Shown: one piece after another, positions 1 through 13,947 of the stretch | Numbering within the stretch: position 1 is the first letter of the stretch | Layout of the letters: the number at the start of each line of letters is the position of its first letter | DNA from: Octopus sinensis | Lineage: Eukaryota | Direction: 5' to 3' | Length of the DNA stretch: 64,000 nucleotides | NCBI RefSeq assembly: GCF_006345805.1 | Contig: NC_043000.1 | Location: 38,068,001 to 38,132,000, forward strand | Position numbers and translations under genes: made by a program | The notes under the pieces: model-generated | The model's input: only the letters and a program-made list of their open reading frames with translations | What the model was told of the DNA's origin: nothing | Database searches by the model: none

Positions 1-35
1 ACACACACACGAACATGACACACGTAGTCTTTCGT

Positions 36-71
<36 letters not shown>

Positions 72-720
72 TTTTCATATGATTTCTTACATTCATGCAG
101 TTGACACCCATATTCCTATATCGCTTACACACACACCCACATACGCACACATATACACTCATAATGCATACACATATTACACACACACACACACACGTGC
201 GCGCCCGCACGTACACACATGCACACATACCTACGCACTCACACACACACACAATTTTTGGGCACTGACATACTCTCTCTTCCATAAGCAGTCTTCCTTT
301 CTTTCTTCCTTTCTTGCTCTCCCCCTTTCTCTCTCCTTCATGTCTCTTGATCAAACACGCAGAGTCACATTTGCACATACTCTCTCTCTCACTCTCACAC
401 ACACACATGCGCACACACATATCAACACACATTTCACACGCACGCTGTATACACACTCTGACACACTTTTATCCAAACGCACACTGCACTCTACATTCAC
501 ACACACACACTATGATACACACACACGCACTATTATACACACACACACTTACACACACAGATACACACACACACACATACACACACACACACACATACAC
601 ACACACACACACACTATGATACACACACACCACACACACACACACATACACACACACACACACACACTATTATACTCAGACACCTACACACACACAAACA
701 CGCACATTTACACACACAGA
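1..720. repeat. Compound (CA)n/(CT)n microsatellite; typical of the many simple-repeat tracts across the window
   Basis: Direct: long acac/tctc runs; the His/Thr- and Cys/Val-rich ORFs here are translation artefacts. Confidence 0.95.
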
Positions 721-2059
721 GATAATTGTGTTTTTGTTCTGCTGCTCAAAGGAGTTTTGCTAGTAAGGAGAGAGATTTGTAGAACAAACCATGTTTGTCG
801 GTTTTGCCGATTGAAAAGAGTGGGAAATCTTCTGTCATATCTTTGATGTCTCTGATAAAATTTTCGCTGTTATTGCGACAAATTATCCTCTAATATGACT
901 GACAACAGCAAAGTATCTCGCAAAATGCGGAGACCGAATTACGGGTGGATGTGTATGGTCGGGTGCAATAAGCGGTGGAGCTAAACAACAAAAGCGTCCT
1001 CTCTCTTCGGTTTAAAGTCATCGCAATGTAACAAACGTAGCGAAAACAGTCTTTTCAATGTAGTTCCTGATCTATGACGTCCGAAGTCCTTCTGTTTGGT
1101 TCCTTTGTTCTCCCTCTCTGCCTCTGCTTATCTCTCTATCTGTCTATCTCTCTCCCTACCTCTCCATCTATATCTCTGTCTTTCCCTCTCTCTCTCTCTC
1201 TACGTGTCTGACTGTCTGTCTCGCTGTCCTTTTCTCTTTTCTCCATACCGTTTCGTTTTAATTTCTTTATTTCTTCAAACAACAAACTGGTTCTCAGATG
1301 CTTTTGAAAATTCATGTATTTATTTATTTATTTATTTATTTATTCACTATTTATTTATTTATTATGTATTTATTTATTTTTCATGCCGGCCATTTTTATG
1401 CATTGAAGCAAAATATTCAATTTGAAAAAAAAAAAAAAAATTCTTACAAACTTACAACAATAAAAACCTAACTTCTATTAATTTTACATCGCTGTCACAT
1501 GTACAGCTTTAGTTTTCGAAACTTACAATTTGCAACAACTTTTTTTTTGAAAAAACAAAAAGTTTGACAATACAAACCGTCATCAAATATATAACATAAC
1601 ATGATATAACTTAAAGAGCACAATTTCTGACTTCAATTCTAATCCTATTTTCCAGACTATCTGTTCTAATTCGTCGTTCCTACACCATGGAGAATCTGCC
1701 AAACGTTTGGAAAGTGGTTGTCGTCTTTTAGAATATTTGCGTGGATGATTTGTAAAACTCTTACAAGGCTTCCAGTGTACGAAACAACCTCATCAATTCG
1801 ACCATATCCGTTCTTGTTTTTTGTTTTTACATTTAAAATGCCATTATTTTATATTATATTAGATTTTTTTTTTCTCATAATTCAATAAAATTCTTTAGGT
1901 GTCCTCATTTCTCACCGAGCAAAGAAGTTTGTTTAAAAAAATATTTTTTAAAACAAGACCAGTGAATTTTTCTTTCTTTTCATTGAATGCTAAACCATCA
2001 TCACCACCACCACTACCACCACCACCACCACCACCACCACCACCACCAACACCACCATC

Positions 2060-2094
<35 letters not shown>

Positions 2095-3348
2095 CATCAT
2101 CGTCCTCATCTGCTTTCTCTCCTTTCTCCTCATCGTCATCATCATTATAATTAAAATCCTCAACATCCTCATCACCGCTTTGTCATCGTTTTCGTTTTCT
2201 TTTACAACGACGGGCATTTCGATTAAGATACCAAACAGCTTCGCGAAATCCTTCTATATGCCAATCCACGACCAAAATTGTTCTTTAAGCAATATTACCA
2301 CAATAAGGACCAGTTAGCATCCATATTCACTGTGTACTCACTGCTGAGAACTCCTCCACCCCCCCTCACATCATTAGTCCCAATCAATCCAAACGCAGTA
2401 AAATAGCTGTGGCTTATTCGATCTGACAAAACCCCTGTCCTAAACACTATCCCATTCATTCTCCCCACCGCCACAATCAGTTTGATCTGGAGCTAGAATC
2501 AGCCCTCGTCAAATTCTTCCCTATCCTTACAGAGATGGTTGAGAACTGGCTGCGGAGTATTCTCATCCTCGAAGTCGGCATCTGTCACTCTGTCAACTCC
2601 TGATCTATGGCTTTCATTTCCAGTATCTTAAAGAATCCCCCACTCCAACATTTTGAAATTATTTTCCTCCTTAATGCTTAAAGGTGATAGAATTTGATTG
2701 CAGAGTGGGAAATGGGTCAGCCGCAGTAAAACCTGAACGAGCAAGAAACTTTCTCGAAAAACCAAAAAGCGCGGTTCGACAGCACCAACGCACTCTCTGT
2801 CCTTTTATATGGTTGTGAAATATGGCACTTGAAAACCAGCCAAGGACTGAAACTGGGCACTTTTGAGAGCAGATACTTGGCTTCATATGAAACGACTTTA
2901 TCAGCAGCGAGGTGGTCAGATGAAGAGTAGACCAGTGTCCAGCGGCCATCACCATCTCCAAGCACCGTCAGAGTTTGTTGGGGCATGTCATACGACCGTG
3001 ACGAACAGATTGTGTTGTTTATGTTAATTTTTTTTTTCACCGAATACCACCAGAAAATTTGTATATCGAGTGAATCTTGGCGTAAATCATTAATGGTGTA
3101 ATCCTTTTTTAAGAAGAAATGGTAAAAAATCGTTTCCTCTCGATTGAATGATATAAGCCGTAGGCTTCAAATGGAACGACTTTATAAGCGACCAGGAGGC
3201 GAAAAGAAGAGTGGACTAACACCCGGTGTCCATCAGCATTTGTAAGCACCGTCTAAATTGACAGGGATATTACAGTTCTATATTTAAGAGAGAAATTATT
3301 TACATTATTTACATTTGATGAAAATTTGTTCTCATCTTGTTTGTTGTT

Positions 3349-3393
3349 AACACAACGTTTCGGCTGATATACCCTCAGCCTTCATCAGGTGTC
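3349..3393 (-). ncRNA. Minimal type I hammerhead ribozyme motif (left arm)
   Basis: Minus strand: GACAC-CUGAUGA-A-GGCUG..CAGCC-GAAA-CG-UU-GUGUU. Confidence 0.7.
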
Positions 3394-3463
3394 ATGGGGA
3401 AATTTCGAACCTGGGTTCTCATTCCTAAGGCATTTTTCGATGTTGTTGTTGTTGTTGTTATTG

Positions 3464-3511
<48 letters not shown>

Positions 3512-3696
3512 TATTATTATTATTATTATATTATTATTATTATTATTATTATTCAGGTCACTGCCGAGCTCGATTCCAGGTAGTGACCTGAATAATAATA
3601 ATAATAATAATAATATAATAATAATAATAATATAATAATAATAATAACATCGAAAAATGCCTTAGGAATGAGAACCCAGGTTCGAAATTTCCCCAA

Positions 3697-3742
3697 GACA
3701 CCTGATGAAGGCTGGAGGGTATATCAGCCGAAACGTTGTGTT
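3697..3742 (+). ncRNA. Minimal type I hammerhead ribozyme motif (right arm)
   Basis: gacac ctgatga a ggctg gagggtatat cagcc gaaa cg tt gtgtt: stem I GACAC/GUGUU, stem II GGCUG/CAGCC, palindromic AACGUU stem III. Confidence 0.75.
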
Positions 3743-4689
3743 AACAACAAACAAGATGAGGACAAATATCCGTCAAATGTAAATAATGTAAATAATGTAC
3801 ATTGCCAGGGATATATTGTAAGATTGCTAATAAACAGACTGGCTAACCGAGTCTTTTATTGGAACCCTCAAAGATGACAGCGCAGGGGACGTCCCACGAT
3901 AAGCTGGCACCAAACAATCGGTAAATACCTTCAGTTGGTCAACCTATGATGGAACGAGGCATTGAGGGTAGCCTCTGACCAACTCTGCTGAAGTCCACTG
4001 ACCGCCTCATGCGTCGCCCAACACTGGACCGCCTGAGTCTAAGGTAATATTCATTAACGTCGCCTCTGTAAAATGCCATGTAGATTGGTGCCGCTGCCTC
4101 TGACAACTACAGAGATATGTCTGCTAATGTCTGCTGGGAACCTGTATTTCTTCCAAATCACACTTCATTTGATGTCACTCTTCCGAAGTCCGGTAAAAGT
4201 AATGCAGTTTCTTTGGCATTAGAATTTCACCCTATCAGAGAATGTTTATAGTCAGGGTGCACACCCCAGGGTTTCATTCGTCGCTCATCAATTGGTCTCT
4301 AGTATTCCGCTCATGCTCATCCACCATACAGTTCACTAATAAAATTAAGTTTCCTCTTCATCCTATCAACTCTGGGTCTAAAGTTACTTTGTTCAAATTC
4401 TACCAAATTCAACTTTCTATTTCATCCTTTCGGGGTCGATAAAAGAAGAACCGTTGAGTACCGGGATCGAAGTAATCGACTTATCCCCTTTCCGTCCACG
4501 TGGGAAATCTATACGCCAATGAAACCGGGAAACCGACCCTTAAGGGCCAGGTGTGGCTCGAGAAGGAACATAAAACAACAACAACAATAACAACAAAGCC
4601 TTCAAGGTGTGCCCCAGAATGGCCACAGATCTATGACTGAAACAAGTCAACTGAAACAAGTCGTATTAATTATCAATATACTTAGATGG

Positions 4690-4885
4690 CAAAACTGATT
4701 AGTGCCTGTCTTTCAAAGGGGCCAGCCTTTTCATACTCTGTGTTACGCTGAATCTCCCTGAGAACTACGTTAAGGGTACATATATCTGTGGAATACTCAG
4801 CCACTTGCACGTTAATTTCACGAACAGGTTGTTCCGTTGATCGGATCAACTGGAACCTTCTTCGTCGCAACCGACGGAGTGCCAG
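4690..4885 (+). mobile_element. Partial SINE (family C, 3' body)
   Basis: gctgaatctccctgagaactacgttaagggt..gatcggatcaactggaacc shared with ~5890-6050 and, inverted, with 23670-23995. Confidence 0.6.
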
Positions 4886-5687
4886 ATATCCAGGCACTAC
4901 CATCAGTTATTACATCCGCTCCCGGGCCACTTACGCACGGTTCTTTTATCTTCGCACGCAGGTCCTTCTGCACATGACTATTTTTTTCCTGCAGCTGTCA
5001 ATTTGTAATAGTTTAAAACGATTAACCCTGGTCGCTCTCAGCGGTCTCGGAGGGACAAAACCCGGTCATTTACTGGACAAGTTACACAGTCCATACTTAC
5101 ACACACACACGTACACACACAAATAACAAACAAACAAAAACAATATGCGAAAGGTAACTAGAAACATATATTTGTAAATATTGAAAGGAGGAAATCTCGG
5201 TCGAAAAGAAACTGTGGTAATTCAGAGCTGGTCTGTGCTCGCTTGGAATATAAAATGTTATTTGTAACTTGAAACACTTCGTAGAAAACGAGATGGTTCG
5301 ATGGTGATAATTCAATTTGTTGAGTTGCTTCATTTCTGACATGTCCATGTCCCAACAGAGGCGGCTCGTTTTACAATATGATAGACAGGGGGCGTGTGTA
5401 CGTGTGTGTGTGTATGAAAGTGTGTGTATGGGTGTCTGTATGTCCCGTGACCTCACAGCCGTTTTAACGACACCAAATACTCAAGTTAATGTTCGTCAAC
5501 ACTGTGACTTAAGTTTCGTGCTATACTTGTCTCGTTAAAGTTCTTGCAAATGAAATAAAAACTTAGTGTTGGTTGTTTATTAAATAAACTTAATTTCAGA
5601 GAATATTTTCCATAAATTTATCAACCAGATGTACATATGTACTCATGTATGTATGTATGTATGTATGTATGTATGTATGTATGTATG

Positions 5688-5719
<32 letters not shown>

Positions 5720-6057
5720 TGTATATATGTATGTATGTACGGATTGTTACCTATATATACATATATATCCACAAATACATATATATGTATTGTATATTGC
5801 TTGCACGAACGCACACATACATGCGTATATAAAATCCATACAAGTTTCACCCTTGAGTAGAGACTTTATTTCCCGTTGCTCCATTCCACTCTGTTGGCAA
5901 AAATGAGTTGTACCAGTAATTCAAAGGGGCCAGCCCTGTCACAGCCCTGTCACAGCCTCTTGCTGAATCTCCCTGAGAGCTACATTAAGGGTAAGCGTGT
6001 CTGTGGAGTGCTCAGCCACTTACACGCTAATTTTACTAACAGGCTGCTGTGTTTCCA

Positions 6058-6130
6058 TTTTTTGCCGAGTGTCTTCCCGACACGTAGGGCAAAGAAACTC
6101 ACTGGATACATTGGTGGGCCATTGAAATAA
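6058..6130 (-). mobile_element. 3'-UTR fragment of Dong subfamily alpha
   Basis: Reverse complement matches 15375-15450 (gagtttctttgccct..tcgggaagacactcggcaa). Confidence 0.7.
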
Positions 6131-6261
6131 AGACACCAGGTTGTTCATTAACAAAGTCATTTGAGGTCAACTGTGTTTTTCATCCTTTCGGAGTCGATGA
6201 AATAAGTCACCTAACCCAAAATTTCAGGCCTTGTGCCTATAGTAAAAAGGATTATTATTAT

Positions 6262-6800
6262 TGTCAGTGAGTGAGAGAGCAGTGCATGCCATCAAAGTGA
6301 CACTGGGGTAAAATATACGAAGCCCAGTATACCCATCATGACTACCCATCTGATAAGGGTACACCAGGCACATGCATCACAACCATGTGTGCGCGACATG
6401 GTGACCTCCTATGAAGGTAAACAGCACATGACCTTGCTGGTGGGGCCCAGTTAGAATATTCTTCAGGTTGAGTAGCCCATCCCGCTCAAACGGTCCCTGA
6501 ATAAGGGTTGTTTAAGGATGTTGAAAAAACCACCCATGTTTCCAGAGGTGAATTATTCAAACCCCAAAGAATCCCTCTCAACACATGGCTATGATGCTCC
6601 CCCACTACTTCTGCTCGTGATCAGAGATGCATATTTCGTCAGCCACTAAGGGACATGCTCAACTGGTTATGGTCAAACAACTGACAAGCAAATCTGTGGT
6701 ATTGAGCAGAATATTTGCTGTAGCCCATCTTTTATACAAAGACAAAACATGGACGTGATAACACTTCCAATGAGTTAAGATCAGATGGTAGTGCAACAGG
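6262..6800 (-). mobile_element. Interspersed repeat, probably a long LINE 3' region ending near a TAA tail; diverged relative at ~22465-22680
   Basis: Shared ctcgtgatcagagatgca..ctcaactgg..caagcaaatctg..agttaagatcaga between the two loci; class assignment is inference. Confidence 0.5.
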
Positions 6801-7028
6801 GCATTCTTCTTCTTCTTCTTCTTCTTCTTCTTCTTCTTCTTCTTCTTCTTCTTCTTCTTCTTCTTCTTCCCCTCCTCCTCCTCCTCTCCCTCCTCCTTCT
6901 TCTTCCTCTTCCTTCTTCTCTTTCCCACTACTCATTCTCCCCTTCTTCTTCTTCTTCTTCTTCTTCTTCTTCTCCTTCTCCTCCTTCTTCTTCTTCTCCT
7001 TATTATTATTATTATTATTATTATATTA

Positions 7029-7066
<38 letters not shown>

Positions 7067-7084
7067 GTAGTAGTAGTAGTAGTA

Positions 7085-7349
7085 GTAGTACTAGTAGTGC
7101 CTTTGTATAGCTTCTAATGTTGGAGATGTACTACAGTGTCAGCTGTTCACTACCAGTGAACTAAGGTAACACCTCTTATTTTTCTAGCGCCTTCCGGAGT
7201 GTTTGACCGGTTCTAAGCAATGCTGTTTTCTGCAAATGCTCCACTCTTATTGCAGCCCCTATTTGTTCCGTGTACTTCTCAAGATTTTTACTCACTATTT
7301 TCAGAGCTCCGACAATTATTGGTACTACTCCCACCTTTCTCATCGACCA
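7085..7349 (-). mobile_element. 3' end of an R4/Dong-clade element (third family, gamma), cut by the assembly gap
   Basis: WSMRKVGVVPIIVGALKIVSKNLEK..EHLQKTALLRTGQTLRKALEK* is a typical R4/Dong RLE C-terminus; 3' UTR runs into TAC then TAA repeats. Confidence 0.8.
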
Positions 7350-7449
7350 NNNNNNNNNNNNNNNNNNNNNNNNNNNNNNNNNNNNNNNNNNNNNNNNNNN
7401 NNNNNNNNNNNNNNNNNNNNNNNNNNNNNNNNNNNNNNNNNNNNNNNNN
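7350..7449. other. Assembly gap (100 N)
   Basis: Direct. Confidence 1.
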
Positions 7450-8819
7450 TTTAATGAAACCAGGAACAACTGTTTGTTGTCGGCAACGAATCTGGTTGCA
7501 GTTGTGTCGTACGGTTCGGCTCCAGAGCTGATCATATTGCAACTAATTGAGCAGATGTCGATGGGAGGAAAAGAAAAATGAAACGAAAGTCAATAAGTAA
7601 ATAAATAAAAGAAAACTTAAAGGATTTTTTGTGCTTTCAGTGTCTTTTGGTAATCAGAGAGAAGCAGTTTTATTAATGTTTCATTCTTCTGAGCTACCAC
7701 ATGGTAAAAATAAGATCAATGTGGGTCAATGAATTAATCAATAAAAAACGAAGCATTCACACTACCAGGGTAATTGGCTGTAGAAATGTTCGGCAATAAG
7801 ATGAAGGAAACGGCTTAGAATTTTTTATGTTAAGGAAATGGGAGTCAGGTTTAGGAACCTAGCAGAGATTAAGTGTTTAAGCCGAGGACGAAATAGGCGA
7901 TGCTATAAACTTTTTTTATTTATATTTATACTTTAGACAAAATCCCAAAAAGAATGGTTTTTGTTTTTCTTTATATCTTATTTATTTATTTATTTAATTT
8001 TTTGGCTATTGATATACAATGATTGACCATCAGTCATCAGCCATGGTCTATGGTTACATTTTCTTCATAATACCAATCTTCTTCTTTTACAAGAATCAAA
8101 CTAATTCCCTCATTGTTCATTTTTTGCCTCGTATTCATCGGTTTCCAGACAAAACATTTTCTAGTACACAACTCGCATCACTAATATTCTTGTTCTCGTC
8201 ATTTTCTCTGTAAAATGAAGATGCTAATTGATACAACAATTTTCTTACGGTGCTATTAAAAGAAACAGAACTCTGAAGTTGCGTCTTTGATGCCTTTCCT
8301 GATGGTATACTATGATGGATTTATAACATTCAACGCGACATTATACAAACAGAACAGAGCACATCTAAAATCTTTACTTCAGAAGCATTCTTAGATAATG
8401 AATTTACGATTCATTCAAGCCAAATAAAACGTCACGTGCGATTCCATCGCAATACAGAAAAGTGTAAGAATATATTAGAAATATAGAAGAGCATTCAGGT
8501 TAGTCCTAGAGGATCCTCTTAGTAATGAAGTACAGTACCCGGGGTATCTGTATACCACAAAATAACTCCTTTGATAGTACAATAATACAGATTCGTAATC
8601 ACTTTACGTATCTAGTTGCAAAATCATTACCACCTGTCCCCTTCGAAACAAATCCAATGTGATATGCAACAAAACGCCTTTCGATAATTTCTAATGATAA
8701 GCCTCGCCATTTCTTAAAATCTCATCGAGGCTATTTGGATCCTCATCAATAGCAAAAATTGAATCGCAGAATCGGAACCAGAAAAGAAAAACAATCAGTT
8801 CTTGGCATCTCAGGTTTTC

Positions 8820-9472
8820 GTTTTATCGACATCCGAGACGATCAAAGGCAAAGACGACTGTGGCAGAATTTGAACTCAGAACGTAACAGCAGCGAAATAC
8901 CTATTTCTTTACTACCCACAAGGGGCTAAACACAAAGGGGACAAACGGATTAAGTCGATTACATCGACCCCAGTGCGCAACTGGTACTTATTTAATCGAC
9001 CCCGAAAGGATGAAAGGCAAAGTCGACCTCGGCGGAATTTGAACTCAGAAAGTAGCGGCAGACGAAATACCTATTTCTTTACTAGCCACAAGGGGCTAAA
9101 CACAGAGGGGAAAAACGGATTAAGTCGATTACATCGACCCCAGTGCGCAACTGGTACTTATTTAATCGACCCCGAAACGATGAAAGGCAAAGTCGACCTC
9201 GGCGGAATTTGAACTTAGAAAGTAGCGGCTGACGAAATACCTATTTCTTTACTACCCACAAGGGGCTAAACATAGAGGAGACAAAGAAGGACAGACAAAC
9301 GGATTAAGTCGATGATATCGACTCCAGTGCGTAACTGGTACTTATTCAATCGACCCCGAACGGATGAAAGGCAAAGTCGACCTCGGCAGAATTTGAACTC
9401 ATAACGTAACGGCAGACGAAATACGGCTACGCATTTCGCCCGGCGTGCTAACGTTTCTGCCAGCTCGTCGCC
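8820..9472 (-). mobile_element. tRNA-derived SINE (family A), internally multimerised in ~170-185 bp units
   Basis: Head ggcgacgagctggcagaaacgttagc at 9472; B-box-like gagttcaaatt recurs at ~9389, 9205, 9035, 8866; conserved core catcctttcggggtcgat. Confidence 0.85.
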
Positions 9473-9505
9473 TTAATAATGATGATGATGATGATGATGA
9501 TGATG

Positions 9506-9558
<53 letters not shown>

Positions 9559-10371
9559 AAGAAGAAGAAGAATTAGAAGAAGAAGAAGGGGAGGGGGAGG
9601 GGAGGAGAAGAAGAGGAGGGGGGAGGGGAGGGAGGAGGAGGAGGAGAAGAAGAAGACGACGATGATGAAGAAGAAGAATAAGAAGTAGAAGAAGAATTAG
9701 AAGAAGAAGAAGAAGAAGAAGAAGAAGAAGAAGAAGAAGAAGAAGAAGAAGAAGAAGACGAAGAAGAAGAAGAAGAAGAAGAAGAAGAAAGAAGAAGAAG
9801 AAGAAGAAGAAGACGACGATGAAGAAGAAGAGGCCAGGATGTTCTGCGGTAAAGTATGCCGTTTACATCAACCCTAGTGCTGAGTAGATACTTATCTTAT
9901 CGATCCCGAGAGTTGAAAGGTAAAGTCGACCTCTGTTGCTTTGAACTCCGAATGTATAATAATAATAATGATGTGGAGGAGGAGGAGAAGGAGGGAGGAA
10001 GAAGAGGAGGAGGAAGAGGAGTACGACGAGAAGGAGGAGGAAGCGGACGAGGTGGAGGAAAAGGAAAGGGTAGTTGTTGATGTTGTTGATGACGATATTG
10101 GTAATCGTAAAAAAGTTTTTATCCTTCATAGAGAAATTAAAAAGATCTTCGTCGCTAATAAATCAGAAATCATCAGCGAAAATTCTTCATTAATCTTGAA
10201 AGTTTTATCAGATTAAGGAAGCTCTTAGTCGCAATTTTACGAGGAATCTTGTCGTTAATCCGAATAAAAGAAGTAGGTTTAGTTTTTGAGGATTAAATAT
10301 ATTCTGAAGATTTATTTATAATCCTTATTAAACTAAAGGACGTAATTATATTCGTGTGTGTGCATGTGTTT

Positions 10372-10402
<31 letters not shown>

Positions 10403-10433
10403 CACATATATATACATATACATATATACATAA

Positions 10434-10471
<38 letters not shown>

Positions 10472-11790
10472 ACACGCATATATATATATACATACATACG
10501 CAGCTATAAAATGCAACGAAAAACACGCATAATATCTGTGTGTGTGTGCGTGAGCATAATTGCGCGCGCGCATGTATATATATATATATGACTAAGGGTG
10601 TTAGAAACACCTACATTGCTAAAGATAAGAGCTAAACGCTTTAATGTTACAGTCAAAGCACATAATTGTATACGTATATGCTGACAAGGACCGTAATAGT
10701 TCGAAAAGCATCCGCCGAGACATTCCCAGATCGATTGGTCAGCTTTAGCTTTCGCCCTAGCCTCTTCAGTTATAGTTTGCGAGTGTGTGTTTGCATATAT
10801 TTATATGTAAAAATGTCTAAATATCAGGTCATCCAACAAGTTCTGTTCGATTTTACCTTTTTTAAAATTGAAGGAAATTTAATATTTTAGAATGTCTAAT
10901 GGAATTTAAAATTATTTTTATGCATTTGTGTTTATTTAAACTAATTAAATATTATTTTACAGAATAAAAGATTTTGTGGCAAATTAGGAGTTCACCGGAA
11001 TTCATTCTACGAAGCAGATAAAGAAAAGTTTTCCAAAATATCCTCCCTATTTTTCGGACCACCAAAATAAGGGATTTGCAGGAAAGTAGGAGGTAAGGAG
11101 AGTTGATTCCACGCTAAAAATCTTTTTTTTTTCCTGGTGAAAAGCGTGTGGGTGTACTTGTAAAAGTTTACTTAGATTGGTACACCCTAGAGGCCCCAAT
11201 ATCGATTTTTTGAAAGATCAAATCTAAGTAGCCTATGTCCGGGTTCGATATATGAAGCAGCTGGGTATAAAAGTTTAAAGAAATCGGATGAAAGATGTAG
11301 AATTTATTGAAGTACAATAAATTTTTGTACACAGACACACAGACAGAAATTTCAATTTTACATATAGAAGGTGAACAACATCTGCAGGAACAACTAAAAA
11401 AACAACAACGGGAACACACAATAAAAATGTATCACCATCAGCAACATCATAAACAATAGTAATCATCCCACCATGACCACCACCAACAACAACAACACAC
11501 ACTTTCCACCAACAGCAGTAACAGTCATAGCAAAAGCAGACATGATGTAACCCATCATCACCATCATCATCATCATTATCATCATCATTATCGTTATCGT
11601 CATCACCAACGTAATCATCATTATCCTCTACCCCCTCCGCCTCCTCCTCTTCATCACCATCGTTATCACCATCGTTATCATCACCGTTATCATCACCGTT
11701 ATCATCATCATCATCATCATCATGGTTGTCATCATCGTCGTCGTCATCATCATCATCACCATCGTTATCATCACCATCATCATCATCATC

Positions 11791-11845
<55 letters not shown>

Positions 11846-12735
11846 CCATCGTTATCATCGTCATCATCATCACCATCATCATCATCATTCTAATTATCAT
11901 GAGAAAACAACGACGGTTATGGAAGAAGGAAGAAGTATGAAAGTGACAGGTTGGCCACAATTGAATGAAAAATTCTCACTCAGATCTCAACTGAACTTTC
12001 TCGAAGTCCCTATCGTTACACCTGACCATCTCTACTTTATGGAAACATTCGCCATTGTTGGTGATGTTATCTTTGTGCGTTTCAGTTAACGCCATAAACA
12101 CGGATTAACACGGCTCCATTGCTATTGTATCATGGCTTAATCCAACCGATAATACCACACCAGCACGTCATCAATAAGAACGCCTTAACAGTTAGGCGAA
12201 GACGGAGCCTCTAGACAGCCGTCTGATTTGCTAGAGATAGCAGCTACAACGTTCTCGTTATCGTTGTATTATAGATTGTTCTAAAGGACATCATCCACTC
12301 TGTATCATCAAGAACGCTTTAAAAATTAACTAAAGACGGATCCTGAGGAGAATAATTTGATCTGCTAAAAATAGCACCTAAAACTCCTCAAAGCACCCTA
12401 CTACCTTTTAAAAATGTAGGTCGTATTAGGTTAAGCTCTGTTATGTGCCATAAGACCCCAGTGCGCAACTGGTACTGATATGTCTGCTTCATCATGGTTG
12501 CTGCATCACCGTTGACTAGGAGTTAAATACAATGGCAACCCTATCCACAGAAAACAAAAGTACTTGATTGCTACATTGAAAGGTAGGAAGGCACAGTTGA
12601 CCCCATTGGCATTTGAACACAGAATATTAAGAGCTGGAACTGAGCTCGGTTGAATCTGAACTGAGAATGTAAAGATGGAAGAAACGCCGCTCAGTAAGAT
12701 TTTCCCGCGTGTTACGCGTCTGCCACATCACCTCT

Positions 12736-12773
<38 letters not shown>

Positions 12774-12778
<5 letters not shown>

Positions 12779-13057
12779 GGTACTGAAACCTATTTGAAAA
12801 TGATCCCAGGTTTACCATCCCTACTGGAAGTGCAAAAAATCGTATTAACTGGAACGGCTCATGTACTGAGAAGAGCATTATCGCTGTGAAAACAACATCC
12901 ATCCATGAATTTATTTATTCATTAATTTTTAAATACATATTTTAATCTGTGAATTTGCGTGTGTAATCTGGGAATGCATACAATGAGCTTCTCTGCCCTA
13001 GGTGTATGGAAAACACTCGGCGAGAAACGGAAGAATTTGAAGAAAGAAGGAAAAAAC

Positions 13058-13058
<1 letters not shown>
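12774..13058 (+). mobile_element. Heavily 5'-truncated Dong element (subfamily beta) inserted in (TAA)n
   Basis: Encodes KKGTETYLKMIPGLPSLLEVQKIVLTGTAHVLRRALSL*; 3' UTR closely matches 19360-19536; TAA on both sides. Confidence 0.9.
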
Positions 13059-13091
<33 letters not shown>

Positions 13092-13107
13092 TGATGATGA
13101 TGATGAT

Positions 13108-13160
<53 letters not shown>

Positions 13161-13183
13161 TGATGATGATGATGATGATGATG

Positions 13184-13234
<51 letters not shown>

Positions 13235-13743
13235 GAATCAAAACTTAAAGCAAACAGAAAATGGAGAAGTACAGATGAACAACAATTGACTTACATCAGT
13301 TATTATTAATCAATTCAATGCAAATAGACTGCATCCCATCTAACAGCTGTTTCTGCTTCCAATCGTGTATGGTGTTGCCGTTGATATGCAAAAATATGTA
13401 AGAATGTTAATCATATTTGTTAATAAAACCGATTTGAAACAAAGAACTTTATCATAGTGAAGAATAAGTACAGAAGACGAGCATAGAGAAGAAAAAGAGA
13501 AAAGTTGAATATGGTTGTAATCGTATCATTTTGCTTGTGTGTCTCTTTGGGCCGTTTAGTAAAAGACTAAATCAAAATGGTAATAAGTGGACTAATCCTT
13601 TGTAGAGGTGGGGGATAGGATGGATAGAAAAAAATGATAGTGGAATACACCAATCGGTCTTAGTCGGAGAAGGGGTGTAGATTCAGTAAGGTTTTAACTT
13701 TTAACTCAGCTAACCTTTAATAATAACAATAATGATAATAATA

Positions 13744-13831
<88 letters not shown>

Positions 13832-13875
13832 TAATAATAATAATAATAATAATAATGATGATGATGATGATGATG

Positions 13876-13919
<44 letters not shown>

Positions 13920-13947
13920 TAATAATAATAATAATAATAATAAAATA

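Larger units (their letters stand above)
3271..3800. mobile_element. Fold-back (inverted-arm) copy of a hammerhead-bearing SINE with Penelope-like structure
   Basis: Arms ~3301-3563 and ~3581-3800 are reverse complements; centre keeps a B-box remnant gagctcgattcc; 14-bp near-TSD attg[a/c]cagggatat at 3257-3270 and 3801-3814. Confidence 0.85.
2770..4047 (+). mobile_element. Degenerate RTE-clade LINE 3' region, split by the insertion at 3271-3800
   Basis: Manual translation gives VLLYGCEIW (~2790), KHRQSLLGHVIR, GFKWNDFISDQEAKRR and, after the insert, RLANRVFYWNPQR*QRRGRPTISW..WNEALRVASD; these match RTE ORF2 C-terminal motifs (LLYGxETW, RRGRP..W); several stops. Confidence 0.7.

Noticed and set aside
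11170-11370. Helitron/HINE-like terminus
   Set aside because: Only a vague resemblance (aaatcggatgaa, acagacacacagac); no defined ends or second copy in the window
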